This document shows, one piece after another, positions 1-9,608 of a stretch of DNA of 64,000 bases. A program made the translations under genes and the position numbers. The stretch is from a virus. Within the stretch, counting starts at the first letter, position 1. Every line of letters begins with the position of its first letter. The notes beneath the pieces are model-generated. The model ran no database searches. It was not told the DNA's origin and saw only the letters and a list, made by a program, of their open reading frames with translations. The DNA lies in IMG/VR virus record IMGVR_UViG_3300035698_034576, positions 19,152 through 83,151 of that record. One strand, 5' to 3'.

Positions 1-228
1 TTTGAACAAGATGTTTTAAGATCGACTCAAATAAACTCTATTAAACATAATAGAAGATTCTCTGATAACTTTAGTGATGATACAGCTTGGAGTTTATACA
101 ATAATATCACAGAGGCTCTTAAAAGTACTAACCCTATTCTTTTTCAAAAAAATCATCTAGCGGTTCATAGGCTTTTTCAAAAAGTAATATTAGGTTTAAG
201 CAAAACTTCCAAGAAAAAAAATCTTTAG
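1..228 (+). CDS. Partial ORF (3' end), possibly DUF932/DUF945-like
   Basis: Frame 1 is open from the window edge to TAG at 226-228. It contains TAWSLYNNITEALK, resembling the C-terminus of DUF932-type phage proteins. Confidence 0.35.
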   Translation, partial: FEQDVLRSTQINSIKHNRRFSDNFSDDTAWSLYNNITEALKSTNPILFQKNHLAVHRLFQKVILGLSKTSKKKNL

Positions 229-286
229 AAAAGTATCAAATATATCAACAAATAGAAGAAATACTCTTCTGCTAAAAATTAAACAA

Positions 287-523
287 ATGAATTATACCGG
301 GATCATGGTGACAATTACAATGCTATTAACAGTTCTTGCTATATGGCTAACAGTCAGAACAACAAGAAGAGTAGAGAGAGGGAGAGATATTCATGGAAAA
401 TACACAAGTGAAAAAGTTTGTTTTGTTAATCTATTTGGAAAAGATTTCCCAGAAAAAAGAGTTAATATGATATTCTTTGGAGTATCAGCAATACTCTTTT
501 TTAGCATCATTCAATTTATTTAA
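287..523 (+). CDS. Small membrane protein (2 predicted TM segments)
   Basis: Hydrophobic N- and C-terminal stretches; A-rich leader. Confidence 0.55.
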   Translation: MNYTGIMVTITMLLTVLAIWLTVRTTRRVERGRDIHGKYTSEKVCFVNLFGKDFPEKRVNMIFFGVSAILFFSIIQFI

Positions 524-542
524 AGCATAGACAAGATTTATT

Positions 543-3500
543 ATGATATTTAAGACGAATTTGGCCAAAACGGTTTGGTCCTCAAAATACCGCTATGCTC
601 AAGAATCTGAGCTGCAAACATTTAGAAGACTAGCCAAAGCAATGTCTTCAATTGAAGAAGACAAAGAGTATTGGGAAAAAAGATTTTTTGAAACAATGGT
701 TAAATTTGTGGATAATAAACCACAAGGACTCAAGTGTACAACCGGTGGAAGAATCACAGCCAACTTAGGAACAAGATACAAAGGAGCTACTTTATTTAAT
801 TGTTACATTTCAGGAGAAGTCACAAATGCCCAAGTAAAATACAACAGAACTCTTTCTAATGGAGAAGTGATAAAAGTCAGCTATAAAACCGACAAAGTAG
901 GAGATGATATGAAAAACATCATGTTAACTCTTATGGAACAAACACTTACTTTAAGTAAAGAGGGAGGTTGGGGTTCTAATTTCTCCTGGATTCGTCCAAG
1001 AGGAAGCCTTGTTGGAGGAGTCGGAGTTGAGCACCCTGGAGTTGTTAAGTTTCTTGAAATTTTTGATAAGACTTCAGAAGTAATTGTTGCTGGGAATAAC
1101 GATGGCTACAAAGATCCTTTGGTGGACCGGTACAAAGAAATTCTTGATCTCAATGATAAAAGAGATAAGAAAAAGCAAAGTAGAAAGGGAGCCCAAATGG
1201 CAGTTCTAAATATTGACCATCCAGATATTCAAGAATTTATTACGGCCAAAGTAAAAGGGGGAAGATTGACAAAATTCAATTTGTCAGTAATGGTAACAGA
1301 TGCCTTTCTTGATGCGGTTGAGAAGGATGAGCTCTTTGAATTAAAATTCAATGATGTTGTGTACAAAAAAGTTCTTGCGAGGGAATTGTATGACCTAATA
1401 ATGAAGTCAACTTACAATAGAGCTGAGCCAGGAATTTTGTTCTATGACAACATGCAAGGAAACAATCCATTGGCCTATCTGGGGGATGTAAAAGCTGTAA
1501 ATCCATGTGTTGTTGGAGAAACTTTAGTCTTGACATCAATTGGTTGGGTAAAGTTTGAAAAGCTCTATTCCATGTTTATAGGTAAAAAGAAATTGCCAAA
1601 AATAATAACAAGAAACAAAGAAGGTAAACTTTTCAATTCTGATTTAAAGGAAGTCCTTTTGACAGAAAGGAACTCTCAATTGTTCAAAGTTTCTCTTGGC
1701 AATTCAGAGTTTTTGATTACAAATGGCGAGCATAAGTTTTATAAAAGTGATTTTAGTGAAATTCAAGTTTCAGATATTTTTGAAAAAGTATTAAGAAACG
1801 TTTTCATTGTTTCTGGAGGAGAGGACGTTGAGATTTTAGATGTAGAAGAGTTGGGTTACAAAGAGGACGTTTATGACCTAACAGCAGAACCCAATTTTAA
1901 TTTCTTTTCTCTTTTGAACAAAGAAGAACACATCAATGAGGAAAAAATACTTTTAAATGATTCTGTAGAACTAGATTACTATTCCATTGTTAATACAAAA
2001 AATGGGCAAAGATTTGCGTATGATTTAAAGGAGGGAGAAGATAATTTTGATAAAGCCCTTTTATTTAAAAAGTCTATTTTGAATGTTGACTGTGGAGAAA
2101 TCCCGGGAAATACGGTATCATCAACAGTTTGCTTATTAGGATCGCTGAATCTAACTCAATATGTAAATAAAAAAAGAGAGTTTAATTGGAAGGAATATGA
2201 AGAGGATATTGAGACGTTCACCAGGATGCTTGACAATATTAATGATTTGCACAAAAAAGATCTTCCAGCTTATTTATGGGCAGTTAAAAATGTAAGGCAA
2301 TTTGGCATGGGTTTAAACGGATTTGGTTCTATGCTATATATGTTAGGTATAGGATATAACTCCTCAGAAGCTGTTGAAATGGCTGAGAAGCTAAATAAAA
2401 CAAAGCTTGAGATTGCTCTTAGGTCCTCAGCTTTACTAGCTAAAGAAAAAGGACCTGCTCCAGCATTTTCAGAAAAGTATTTTGAAACAAACTATTGGAA
2501 TGTTTTCTTGAAAGGTAAGGTTTCTAAGAAAACCATAGATTTGATTAAAAAAAATGGCCTAAGAAACTTAAAGGTAACAACAAATCCCCCTTTAGGAAAT
2601 TGTGTTTCTATTGATACAAAAGTTGTTACCGATAATGGAGTAAAAAAACTAAGAGAAATATTCAATGAAAATAATGTAAATAGAGAAATTGAAGAAAATT
2701 GGAGCAAGTGCATATCTGAAACGAAAGTCTTGACTTTAGATGGTTGGAAAAAAATCAAAAATTTATATGTCAATAAAAAAACAGAGGGATTAAAAATAAA
2801 AACAGAAAAGAAAAATGCCATTTCTTGCACCAAAGCTCATAAACTTTTAGTTAAGATAAATGAGAAAGAGGCTGTTTGGAAAGAGGCTGGAGATATAAAA
2901 GAAGGAGACACTATTTTAGTTGTAAAAAGAGATGTTTTGAACAGAGACAACAGAATAAAAGACTTACTTTTAAAAGGTGAAAAGTTTAGCTATAGCAAAT
3001 TTACAATAGACGTTAAGTCTGTTTCCGACTTAAATTGCAAATTTTGTGGTAAACCCTTAAAGATTGGAAATCTTTCTAGAAAAAATAAATCATTTTTTAA
3101 AGTTAAAGGATGCCCATGTAAAGGGAAAAATAACAAGCTCCAGTTTCAATCAGTGTTTGGAGAAAATAGCGAATTATATTTTCAATCTTATAGCCATAAA
3201 GGAAGACTAACCTTAGAATGGCATATTGAGAAATATGGAGAAAAAGAGGGAAAAAGAAGATATAAAAACCTTCTTAAAAAGAGTGACAGAAGCTTGGAGG
3301 GTTTTATAGGAAACTATGGAGTTAAAGACGGAGAAAAAAAATACAATCAATTTCTAGACAAGCTCAGAGGAGACTCTCTAAAGAAGTTCATAAGGGCTCA
3401 TGGGGAAGAGGTTGGAATAGAAAGACACAAGATGTTTATAGAAAAGGCCAAGAAAGGCTATTTTTCATTAGAATATTGGATTGGAGTTTGCGGTGGGGAT

Positions 3501-4097
3501 GAAGCGTTGGCTAAGGAAAAGTACAAGAGCTTCCAAACAAAAAATCTTGTTTGGTACACAGAAAAATATGGTTCAGAAAAAGGATTAATAAAATACAAAA
3601 AAGTTTGTTCAAAACACAGAAGGCACAATAGACCATTGTGGTATATAGACAATTATGGTGAAAAAGATGGTATTCGCTTATTGGATTTATTCTGCAAAAG
3701 AAGAGTTTTTGGAACATCTAAAGTAGCTTCTGATTTTTTTGAAAGACTGGAAAAGGAGATTGGTAAGAGTTGTGAGTATATGCCAAAATCACCTGAAAAA
3801 CATATAACCTCTATTGAAAAAAATAGGGCTTATTTCATTGACTTTTATTGTCCTCATTATAACAAGGGGATCGAATTCAATGGGACTTTTTGGCATTTCT
3901 CAATAGAAGATGAGAAAAAAGAAGAGCCTAATCCTGTTACAAAATTAACTCCATCTCAGACTAAAGAGATAGATGAAAATAAAGCAGAAACAATTGAAAA
4001 AACAATTGAACTTCTTACAATATGGGAAAAAGAACTAAAGGATGAAAGTAAATTAATGGAAAAGTGTATAAAATTTTTAAAAAATGGAAATAATTAA
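543..4097 (+). CDS. nrdJ: Class II (B12-dependent) ribonucleotide reductase, N-terminal part, with intein 1 and the N-half of intein 2 plus a fused endonuclease
   Basis: Motifs TLFNC, EGGWGSNFSWIRPRG, RKGAQMAVLNIDHPDIQEFI, FNLSV, AEPGILF, NP|CGEIP, CLLGSLNL and RQFGMGLNG. Confidence 0.9.
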   Translation: MIFKTNLAKTVWSSKYRYAQESELQTFRRLAKAMSSIEEDKEYWEKRFFETMVKFVDNKPQGLKCTTGGRITANLGTRYKGATLFNCYISGEVTNAQVKYNRTLSNGEVIKVSYKTDKVGDDMKNIMLTLMEQTLTLSKEGGWGSNFSWIRPRGSLVGGVGVEHPGVVKFLEIFDKTSEVIVAGNNDGYKDPLVDRYKEILDLNDKRDKKKQSRKGAQMAVLNIDHPDIQEFITAKVKGGRLTKFNLSVMVTDAFLDAVEKDELFELKFNDVVYKKVLARELYDLIMKSTYNRAEPGILFYDNMQGNNPLAYLGDVKAVNPCVVGETLVLTSIGWVKFEKLYSMFIGKKKLPKIITRNKEGKLFNSDLKEVLLTERNSQLFKVSLGNSEFLITNGEHKFYKSDFSEIQVSDIFEKVLRNVFIVSGGEDVEILDVEELGYKEDVYDLTAEPNFNFFSLLNKEEHINEEKILLNDSVELDYYSIVNTKNGQRFAYDLKEGEDNFDKALLFKKSILNVDCGEIPGNTVSSTVCLLGSLNLTQYVNKKREFNWKEYEEDIETFTRMLDNINDLHKKDLPAYLWAVKNVRQFGMGLNGFGSMLYMLGIGYNSSEAVEMAEKLNKTKLEIALRSSALLAKEKGPAPAFSEKYFETNYWNVFLKGKVSKKTIDLIKKNGLRNLKVTTNPPLGNCVSIDTKVVTDNGVKKLREIFNENNVNREIEENWSKCISETKVLTLDGWKKIKNLYVNKKTEGLKIKTEKKNAISCTKAHKLLVKINEKEAVWKEAGDIKEGDTILVVKRDVLNRDNRIKDLLLKGEKFSYSKFTIDVKSVSDLNCKFCGKPLKIGNLSRKNKSFFKVKGCPCKGKNNKLQFQSVFGENSELYFQSYSHKGRLTLEWHIEKYGEKEGKRRYKNLLKKSDRSLEGFIGNYGVKDGEKKYNQFLDKLRGDSLKKFIRAHGEEVGIERHKMFIEKAKKGYFSLEYWIGVCGGDEALAKEKYKSFQTKNLVWYTEKYGSEKGLIKYKKVCSKHRRHNRPLWYIDNYGEKDGIRLLDLFCKRRVFGTSKVASDFFERLEKEIGKSCEYMPKSPEKHITSIEKNRAYFIDFYCPHYNKGIEFNGTFWHFSIEDEKKEEPNPVTKLTPSQTKEIDENKAETIEKTIELLTIWEKELKDESKLMEKCIKFLKNGNN
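1506..2090 (+). mobile_element. Mini-intein 1 in RNR (195 aa) ending in Asp
   Basis: Starts CVVGETLV after AVNP. Block B is TNGEHKF and block F is VYDLTAEPNFNF. Ends ILNVD before the catalytic CGEIP. Confidence 0.85.
2601..4097 (+). mobile_element. Intein 2 N-fragment fused to a repeat-containing Vsr/DUF559-like endonuclease
   Basis: CVSIDTKV follows PPLGN; also SCTKAHKLL and GDIKEGD. Six KYG/NYG repeats follow, then FIDFYC..GIEFNGTFWH..LTIWE. Confidence 0.85.
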
Positions 4098-5307
4098 TAT
4101 TGAAAATTTAGATTTGCAGGAGGAAGTTGTTGTCTCTATTTCAAAAACATCTTTGAAAACGTTTGATATTGAAGTAGAAGATAATCATCACTATATTTTA
4201 GCAAATGGAATAATTTCGCATAACTCTTCTGTTCTATGTGATAATATATCAAATGGACTAGAACCTGTTTTCATGCACAATTATAATCGCACCCACATTA
4301 CAGAAGGCTGGCCAAAAGATTATACAGAAGAGGATTTGATGAAAAAATTAACAAAGAAAAAAGTTGGGGGGACTGATGTTTGGGAAGGAGAAATAAACGG
4401 AGAAATTTATTATTATGAGCCCCATAACCGAGGCCTCTGTAAAATTGAAACGGTTTATGATTATGGCTATAATTGGGTAAGAGAAAACTATCCTCAAGAC
4501 CTGAAAGAGAACAAGCCTTATTTAATTACAACAAACGACCTTTCTGTCACTGACCACTTAAACGTTCAAGAAGCCTTTCAAAAGTACATTGACCAAGCTG
4601 TTAGTAAAACTATCAATATTCCCAAAAATTATCCTTTTGACGAATTCAAAAAGATTTATATTGATGCTCACAAAAGAGGTTTGTTAGGTCTCACAACCTA
4701 TAGAGACGGAACAATGGAATCAGTTCTCTCTAAGATAGAGGAAAGTGAGGATTTGAAAAAGGACAGATCCGTAATTAAAAACGTAAAACTCCCAAACAAA
4801 TTTGTCAATGGACCTTGTGAAGTTATAAAAAGAGAGAAGCAAAAGTTTTACATTCACTTTTCATATCTTATAGAGGACACAAAGAGAAGCTTTCCAATAG
4901 CTATTTGGATACAAAGCAATCAAAAACCTCAAGGAGAAGCTAAATATGTAAACAGAGCTCTGAAGTCTATTGAGATTTTGCTTACTGACTTTGGAGTTCC
5001 GGAAGAAGAGGTTGAAAAACTAGAGATGAAATACAAAGAGGACTATCCTTACAACAAATTAGCAAAAGCCATTTCAATGAGTTTGAGGCACAATTTGCCA
5101 ATCAAAAATATAGTTCATTCTTTAGAAAACCTTGAGGGAGACACAATATCAAGTCTATTAACAGCAATAAGAAAATTCTTATCAACTCACATTGCAGATG
5201 GTGAATCTGTATTAGATGGACTTTGTGACTCTTGCGGAGGAACTAACGTTGTTTATGAAGGAGGTTGTTCAACTTGCAAAGATTGTGGCAGCACTCAATG
5301 CGGGTAG
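4084..5307 (+). CDS. nrdJ: Class II RNR C-terminal part preceded by a 47-aa intein C-fragment
   Basis: TFDIEVEDNHHYILANGIISHN|SSVL; SNGLEP; QKYIDQAVSKTIN; GLTTYRDG; C-terminal Cys-rich Zn ribbon typical of NrdJ. Confidence 0.9.
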   Translation: MEIINIENLDLQEEVVVSISKTSLKTFDIEVEDNHHYILANGIISHNSSVLCDNISNGLEPVFMHNYNRTHITEGWPKDYTEEDLMKKLTKKKVGGTDVWEGEINGEIYYYEPHNRGLCKIETVYDYGYNWVRENYPQDLKENKPYLITTNDLSVTDHLNVQEAFQKYIDQAVSKTINIPKNYPFDEFKKIYIDAHKRGLLGLTTYRDGTMESVLSKIEESEDLKKDRSVIKNVKLPNKFVNGPCEVIKREKQKFYIHFSYLIEDTKRSFPIAIWIQSNQKPQGEAKYVNRALKSIEILLTDFGVPEEEVEKLEMKYKEDYPYNKLAKAISMSLRHNLPIKNIVHSLENLEGDTISSLLTAIRKFLSTHIADGESVLDGLCDSCGGTNVVYEGGCSTCKDCGSTQCG

Positions 5308-5319
5308 CATCAACAAAAG

Positions 5320-5351
5320 TTTTTAGATGAATGAATTCTTATTATTTTTAC
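5320..5351 (+). promoter_or_regulatory. Promoter-like motif TTTTTAGATGA-N12-TAnnTTTAC (copy 1 of 3)
   Basis: The same two boxes and spacing recur at 9548 and 12872, each intergenic and upstream of an ORF. Confidence 0.55.
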
Positions 5352-5386
5352 TAAGTAATTTCAAACACAAATAATTAATATCAAAA

Positions 5387-5800
5387 ATGAAAGAAGAAAA
5401 AGAAGAAGAGAAGACTGTCAAAGGTCCAGAAACAAAGTCCGCAAGAATCACTATTGAAAAGATCGAATTGAAAAAAGAAGATTTTTTAATAGGTGAGGAA
5501 AGAGCAAAAAGCTACATAAAGGCAATAAGACAGCACCTAGGAGAAAAGTTTACAATTTACAAGTTGCAAGAGAAGCTGAGACTTACTTTCAATGAGACAG
5601 AGCAACTACTGCAAGTGCTTGATTCTTTGGGTTTAGTAAGAAAAGAAGAAAAGAAATTTGTCTTAATGAAAAATGAGAAACAGAGGCTTGATTTTCTTGA
5701 ACAAAGAAGTGAATTTATGAAAGCTCAGGCTGTTCGATTCTTAGAGAATAGAGAATATTTTCTTCAACTATCAGATCACATCAAAAACAATGGCAAATAA
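5387..5800 (+). CDS. Hypothetical protein, possible winged-helix
   Basis: FTIYKLQEKLRLTFNETEQLLQVLDSLGLV pattern. Confidence 0.5.
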   Translation: MKEEKEEEKTVKGPETKSARITIEKIELKKEDFLIGEERAKSYIKAIRQHLGEKFTIYKLQEKLRLTFNETEQLLQVLDSLGLVRKEEKKFVLMKNEKQRLDFLEQRSEFMKAQAVRFLENREYFLQLSDHIKNNGK

Positions 5801-5942
5801 AACAAACTGGATTCACGAAAGTTGTCAAAAGCACAAAAAAGCGGAAGTAGTGCTAAAAGAGGAAAAGAAAAAGAGAAAAGAGAAAACTTACCGCCTTGTC
5901 CAGGTTGACAGTAAAACCTGGAAAGAGGTGGAAGATGTTTGA
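5790..5942 (+). CDS. Small basic hypothetical protein (50 aa, not in ORF track)
   Basis: MANKTNWIHESC...KEVEDV; overlaps the upstream stop. Confidence 0.45.
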   Translation: MANKTNWIHESCQKHKKAEVVLKEEKKKRKEKTYRLVQVDSKTWKEVEDV

Positions 5943-5989
5943 CCTCTAAAAAATTAAATCTTAAAAAATTAAATCTTAAAAATTAGCCG

Positions 5990-6499
5990 ATGAACCCAAT
6001 AGAAATGATAGAAGAGCTCTTCAAAAAAAACCTTGAAATCATAATAAAAAAGAATTCTGATTATTCATTATTGGATGCAGAATCATTTTTTAGAAACTTT
6101 ATCTCTTCAGCCGAAGTAGCAAAAATTTCAACAGAAAAAGGAATGATTGTCAGAATGATGGACAAAATCAACAGAGCATCAAATCTTCTTGAAAAAGAAA
6201 GGAGTGTCAAAGATGAAACAATAGATGACACCCTTAGTGATTTAGTTAATTATGCAGCTCTTCTACATACATTTGTAATGTGGGATAGAAAGAAAAAAGA
6301 AAGAGAAGAAGTAAGGACTGGAGATTCTTCTCTTGATTATAAAATTCCAACTTTTGAAGCCGCGGTGGATTATGTAAACAAACAACTTGATGCTGACAAA
6401 AGGGATAAAATGAAAGAGTTACTATATATGACACCTCCTCCAATTATTAGGTATGGAGGAATTTGTAAAAATGAGCTAAAAGATATTGAAGAGAAATAG
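5990..6499 (+). CDS. DUF1599-like (all-alpha NTP pyrophosphatase fold) nucleotide-modification-associated protein
   Basis: KKNSDY...RMMDKINR...DETIDDTLSDLVNYA. Confidence 0.7.
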   Translation: MNPIEMIEELFKKNLEIIIKKNSDYSLLDAESFFRNFISSAEVAKISTEKGMIVRMMDKINRASNLLEKERSVKDETIDDTLSDLVNYAALLHTFVMWDRKKKEREEVRTGDSSLDYKIPTFEAAVDYVNKQLDADKRDKMKELLYMTPPPIIRYGGICKNELKDIEEK

Positions 6500-6516
6500 A
6501 TTAACAATAAGGAATC

Positions 6517-7332
6517 ATGATAGAATACAAATTGATAAAAAAGTTACTTTTTGAACATAGCCCACAAATTGACTTCATTTCTCAACCAAAAGATGATAAA
6601 ATGCATTATTGGAATCACTGTTGGTTTAATCCTGAAGAATACTCTGAGTTTTGGGAAAAAGTAGTTAAAAGTCCTTATGAAGTTTTGCAAGTACAAGATT
6701 TTAATGGATATGTTCACAATCTTACTTACCCTATTTTTACAGGCTCTTTAAAAAAATATGCTAATATCATTTCAGTAAAAAGGGCAAGGGATGGAGAAGT
6801 TTTTTCTGTTGGAGATATTGTTTCTGCTACAGATAACCCATATTTCGATGGAGAAAACTATATAGAGAAATCTTCTGGAAAATGGAAAAAGGAATACTAT
6901 TCCACAAAGATAAAATCATTTAAACTTATTGAACAAGGAGTGGTTTGTATTTTTGACGAAGGAGTTGAGAAGTATGGACAACTACTCGATCATGTAGAGA
7001 AGAAGGAAAGAAAACTTTTATTTAAAGCGGAAGATGGAGTGGACATTTTTGAGGGAGATGAGTGGTTTTCTCTTCACACAGATTACAACGATGGGTTGAA
7101 TTTTCATGAGCCTATGGAAATAATTAGGGATAAAAAAGCTTTTCTAAATCTATCTAACGAGCACATCAAAAGATTTTCAACACAAGAAGCTGCAGAGAAA
7201 TATATTTTAATGAATAAAAAAGCCTTGTCAATAAATGATTTTTTATGCATAATAGGGGACAATTCTCCTCTTTTTAAAGATGAATTAATAAGAAGAGCAG
7301 AGGTAAGGATTAAATTAAACACAAAAAAATAA
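6517..7332 (+). CDS. Hypothetical phage protein
   Basis: 271-aa ORF with repeated DGEVFSVGD / DGVDIFEGD motifs. Confidence 0.6.
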   Translation: MIEYKLIKKLLFEHSPQIDFISQPKDDKMHYWNHCWFNPEEYSEFWEKVVKSPYEVLQVQDFNGYVHNLTYPIFTGSLKKYANIISVKRARDGEVFSVGDIVSATDNPYFDGENYIEKSSGKWKKEYYSTKIKSFKLIEQGVVCIFDEGVEKYGQLLDHVEKKERKLLFKAEDGVDIFEGDEWFSLHTDYNDGLNFHEPMEIIRDKKAFLNLSNEHIKRFSTQEAAEKYILMNKKALSINDFLCIIGDNSPLFKDELIRRAEVRIKLNTKK

Positions 7333-7334
7333 AA

Positions 7335-7529
7335 ATGGCACAAGAGGAAACATTCATTGTAAAAGTAAAAGCGTCTTACAACATGACAGAAGAAGAACTC
7401 CTAAAAGAAGTTTTGATGGGGGAATATAGTCTGAACACAAAAAGCCGATTGAGATTCAACTTTGAGCATGTCAAGAAAAGGCCAATAGAAGAAAAAAAAA
7501 GGGGTTACAGCTTCAATTGTAAAAAATGA
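7335..7529 (+). CDS. Hypothetical protein
   Basis: Tightly packed operon-like ORF. Confidence 0.45.
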   Translation: MAQEETFIVKVKASYNMTEEELLKEVLMGEYSLNTKSRLRFNFEHVKKRPIEEKKRGYSFNCKK

Positions 7530-7653
7530 AGAGTAAGCAAAAGCCCCAAGAAAAGGATAAAAGCTTGAGTTGTCCAGTTAGAAAAGACTGTTTATTGTTT
7601 ATAGGAAAAATAAAAGATTGCTCTAGATGTAATTATTACAAAAAGAAAATAAA

Positions 7654-7863
7654 ATGAGTTTCATAAAAAGACTAAAAGAAGAACATTTTCAACTAGAGGA
7701 AAAAGTAATTAAACTCTCTTCCTTTTTGTTGTCAGAAAAATCAAACGAAATAAGTGAGTTCCAACTAACAATGCTTAAAATTCAGATATTGTCAATGTCA
7801 GCCTATTTGACTTGTCTTGAGTCAAGAATTTTGGATCTTGGAAAAAATGATGATTCAAAATAA
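7654..7863 (+). CDS. Small coiled-coil protein resembling the crAss001_48 family
   Basis: RLKEEHFQLEEKVIKLSSFL...Q..ML..Q...M..YL..LE.RI. Confidence 0.55.
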   Translation: MSFIKRLKEEHFQLEEKVIKLSSFLLSEKSNEISEFQLTMLKIQILSMSAYLTCLESRILDLGKNDDSK

Positions 7864-7944
7864 TAGCATAACATCAAGGGGGCACAAGCAGTTATGTAAA
7901 AATTGCTGAGTGTTTCATTCACGCTTAATTCAGATTTAAAGCCA

Positions 7945-8178
7945 ATGGAAAAAGAATTAGAGGATCACTACAAAGTAAGATTGTTTTGTTTTTTATGTAA
8001 GAAAGACTTTACTGTTCTAATTAAAAAAGGAACTCCAATAAGAGAGGACAGAGCTTTACTAACTGTATCCTACAGGGACCATGATACCAAAACCTCCTGG
8101 GATGAAAATATAGAGTGTCCAATATGTGGAAATACCACTCCTATTATTATAAGCTTAAAAGACGAAGAGAAAGAATAA
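7945..8178 (+). CDS. Zn-ribbon protein
   Basis: CFLC...CPICG; ATG at 7945 preferred over the upstream TTG. Confidence 0.55.
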   Translation: MEKELEDHYKVRLFCFLCKKDFTVLIKKGTPIREDRALLTVSYRDHDTKTSWDENIECPICGNTTPIIISLKDEEKE

Positions 8179-8290
8179 ATGAGAAAAACTGAGAAGATAA
8201 GATAGCAAAACAAATCTATAGCAAAAATATTACTTGTTTATTATAAAGATTTATTATCTTTATCTTTACAGCTTATTATAAAATAACAAA

Positions 8291-9451
8291 ATGTCAGCAA
8301 AAGAAGTACATATATCAAAGTATGGAATAGAAAACGTAGATAAAAATGGAAACATAATCTACCCCGTAAAAGTTCAAAATAAAGAAGCTTATAGAGAATG
8401 GTTATCCTATGACAAAGAATACAAAGAACTAAGTAAAAACAAGCTCTTGAAGACCTCCCAGGGCTTTACAGTAAATATCGCTGCGGTCAAATTAGGAAAG
8501 ATTCATAGAGAAATAGTAGACCTTTCAATAGAAGAAAAAAGATCCATCTTAAAAAAGTGGAAAGAGTTCCAAAGCACCAAAGGCAAAAAGCTAGCCTCAT
8601 TTAGAAAAGCATTTAGAGAAATTTCCTCACAAGTACCTGTCCCTCATTCAGATGTGCTAAAAGAGAGAGAAGTAGAGGTAATTGACTTGTTCTCAAAGCT
8701 TTACAGCGTGGATGAAGTGTGGAAGATACTACATAACCAGCTGGGTATCAGAACTTCCAAGCAAGCAGTGCTTACTTTTAGAAACAAACATGCTGAGGAA
8801 ATAAGAATATCTCAAGAAAAGTACAAAGAGAGCTTTGATGGTATCAGGCTGGTACACAAGCGATCACGTCTTGAAGAGCTCTTAGATTTATATAACGATA
8901 GAAGGTCTATCTACATAACTAGCAGGAATCAAAATGATTACAGACTTTTGCTTCAAACGCTTGAACAGGTAAGAAAGGAAGTGGAGGGAGACAGAGTTAC
9001 AGTAGATGCCAGCTTACAAGTCAGGATAGAGCACACAATAAGTAATAGACAAGAGGAAATGCTTAAGGAATTGCCCATTAAGACTATGGTTATCAGTTTA
9101 GTAGCAGGTAGATTGGGAATAAATCCTCTTCAGTTGTTAACAAGATTGACCAAAAGCTACTATTCAAGATTCAATGGTATGGCTGGATCTACCGCCACTT
9201 TCAATTCCTCAGACATTACATATCCCTCCCAAATAGTCTATAACCTAGAAGAAATCAGTGCTCTGAGTATTGAAAATACAAAAAGGGACAATGATTTAAC
9301 TGATTATGAGGAACTTACTGATGAAGAGGCTTTAAACTTTATGGATGCTAAAGAAAGTTTACTCAGCAAGCTTAGAAAAAAGAAGAAAGATTTAAAGGCC
9401 AGAAAAGACAGTGTTGAGGTAATCTCTGACTCCCTGTTTAAAGATAAGTAA
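8291..9451 (+). CDS. DUF2280-like protein, candidate terminase small subunit
   Basis: EVWKILHNQLGIRTSKQAV...HKRSRLEEL...LLQTLEQVRKEV resembles DUF2280, from memory of the family. Confidence 0.4.
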   Translation: MSAKEVHISKYGIENVDKNGNIIYPVKVQNKEAYREWLSYDKEYKELSKNKLLKTSQGFTVNIAAVKLGKIHREIVDLSIEEKRSILKKWKEFQSTKGKKLASFRKAFREISSQVPVPHSDVLKEREVEVIDLFSKLYSVDEVWKILHNQLGIRTSKQAVLTFRNKHAEEIRISQEKYKESFDGIRLVHKRSRLEELLDLYNDRRSIYITSRNQNDYRLLLQTLEQVRKEVEGDRVTVDASLQVRIEHTISNRQEEMLKELPIKTMVISLVAGRLGINPLQLLTRLTKSYYSRFNGMAGSTATFNSSDITYPSQIVYNLEEISALSIENTKRDNDLTDYEELTDEEALNFMDAKESLLSKLRKKKKDLKARKDSVEVISDSLFKDK

Positions 9452-9547
9452 TTTTCTTGTGTTTACCGGGTGGGAAGGGGAGACTAATTAGCTAGTATAT
9501 AAGCTTTTATGATTTTGCTAAAAATGAATAATTTGCCATGTGAAATA

Positions 9548-9580
9548 TTTTTTAGATGAATTAATCCCCTTTATATTTAC
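9548..9580 (+). promoter_or_regulatory. Promoter-like motif TTTTTAGATGA-N12-TATATTTAC (copy 2)
   Basis: Repeat of the 5320 and 12872 motif. Confidence 0.55.
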
Positions 9581-9608
9581 TCTATAATTAATTCAAACAC
9601 AAACTACT

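Noticed and set aside
4072-4097. T TTA AAA slippery heptamer as a programmed -1 frameshift joining the RNR ORFs
   Set aside because: The second ORF is in the +1 frame, so -1 slippage would not join them.
5947-5984. 15-bp tandem duplication TAAAAAATTAAATCT
   Set aside because: Two and a half AT-rich copies, most likely simple slippage.
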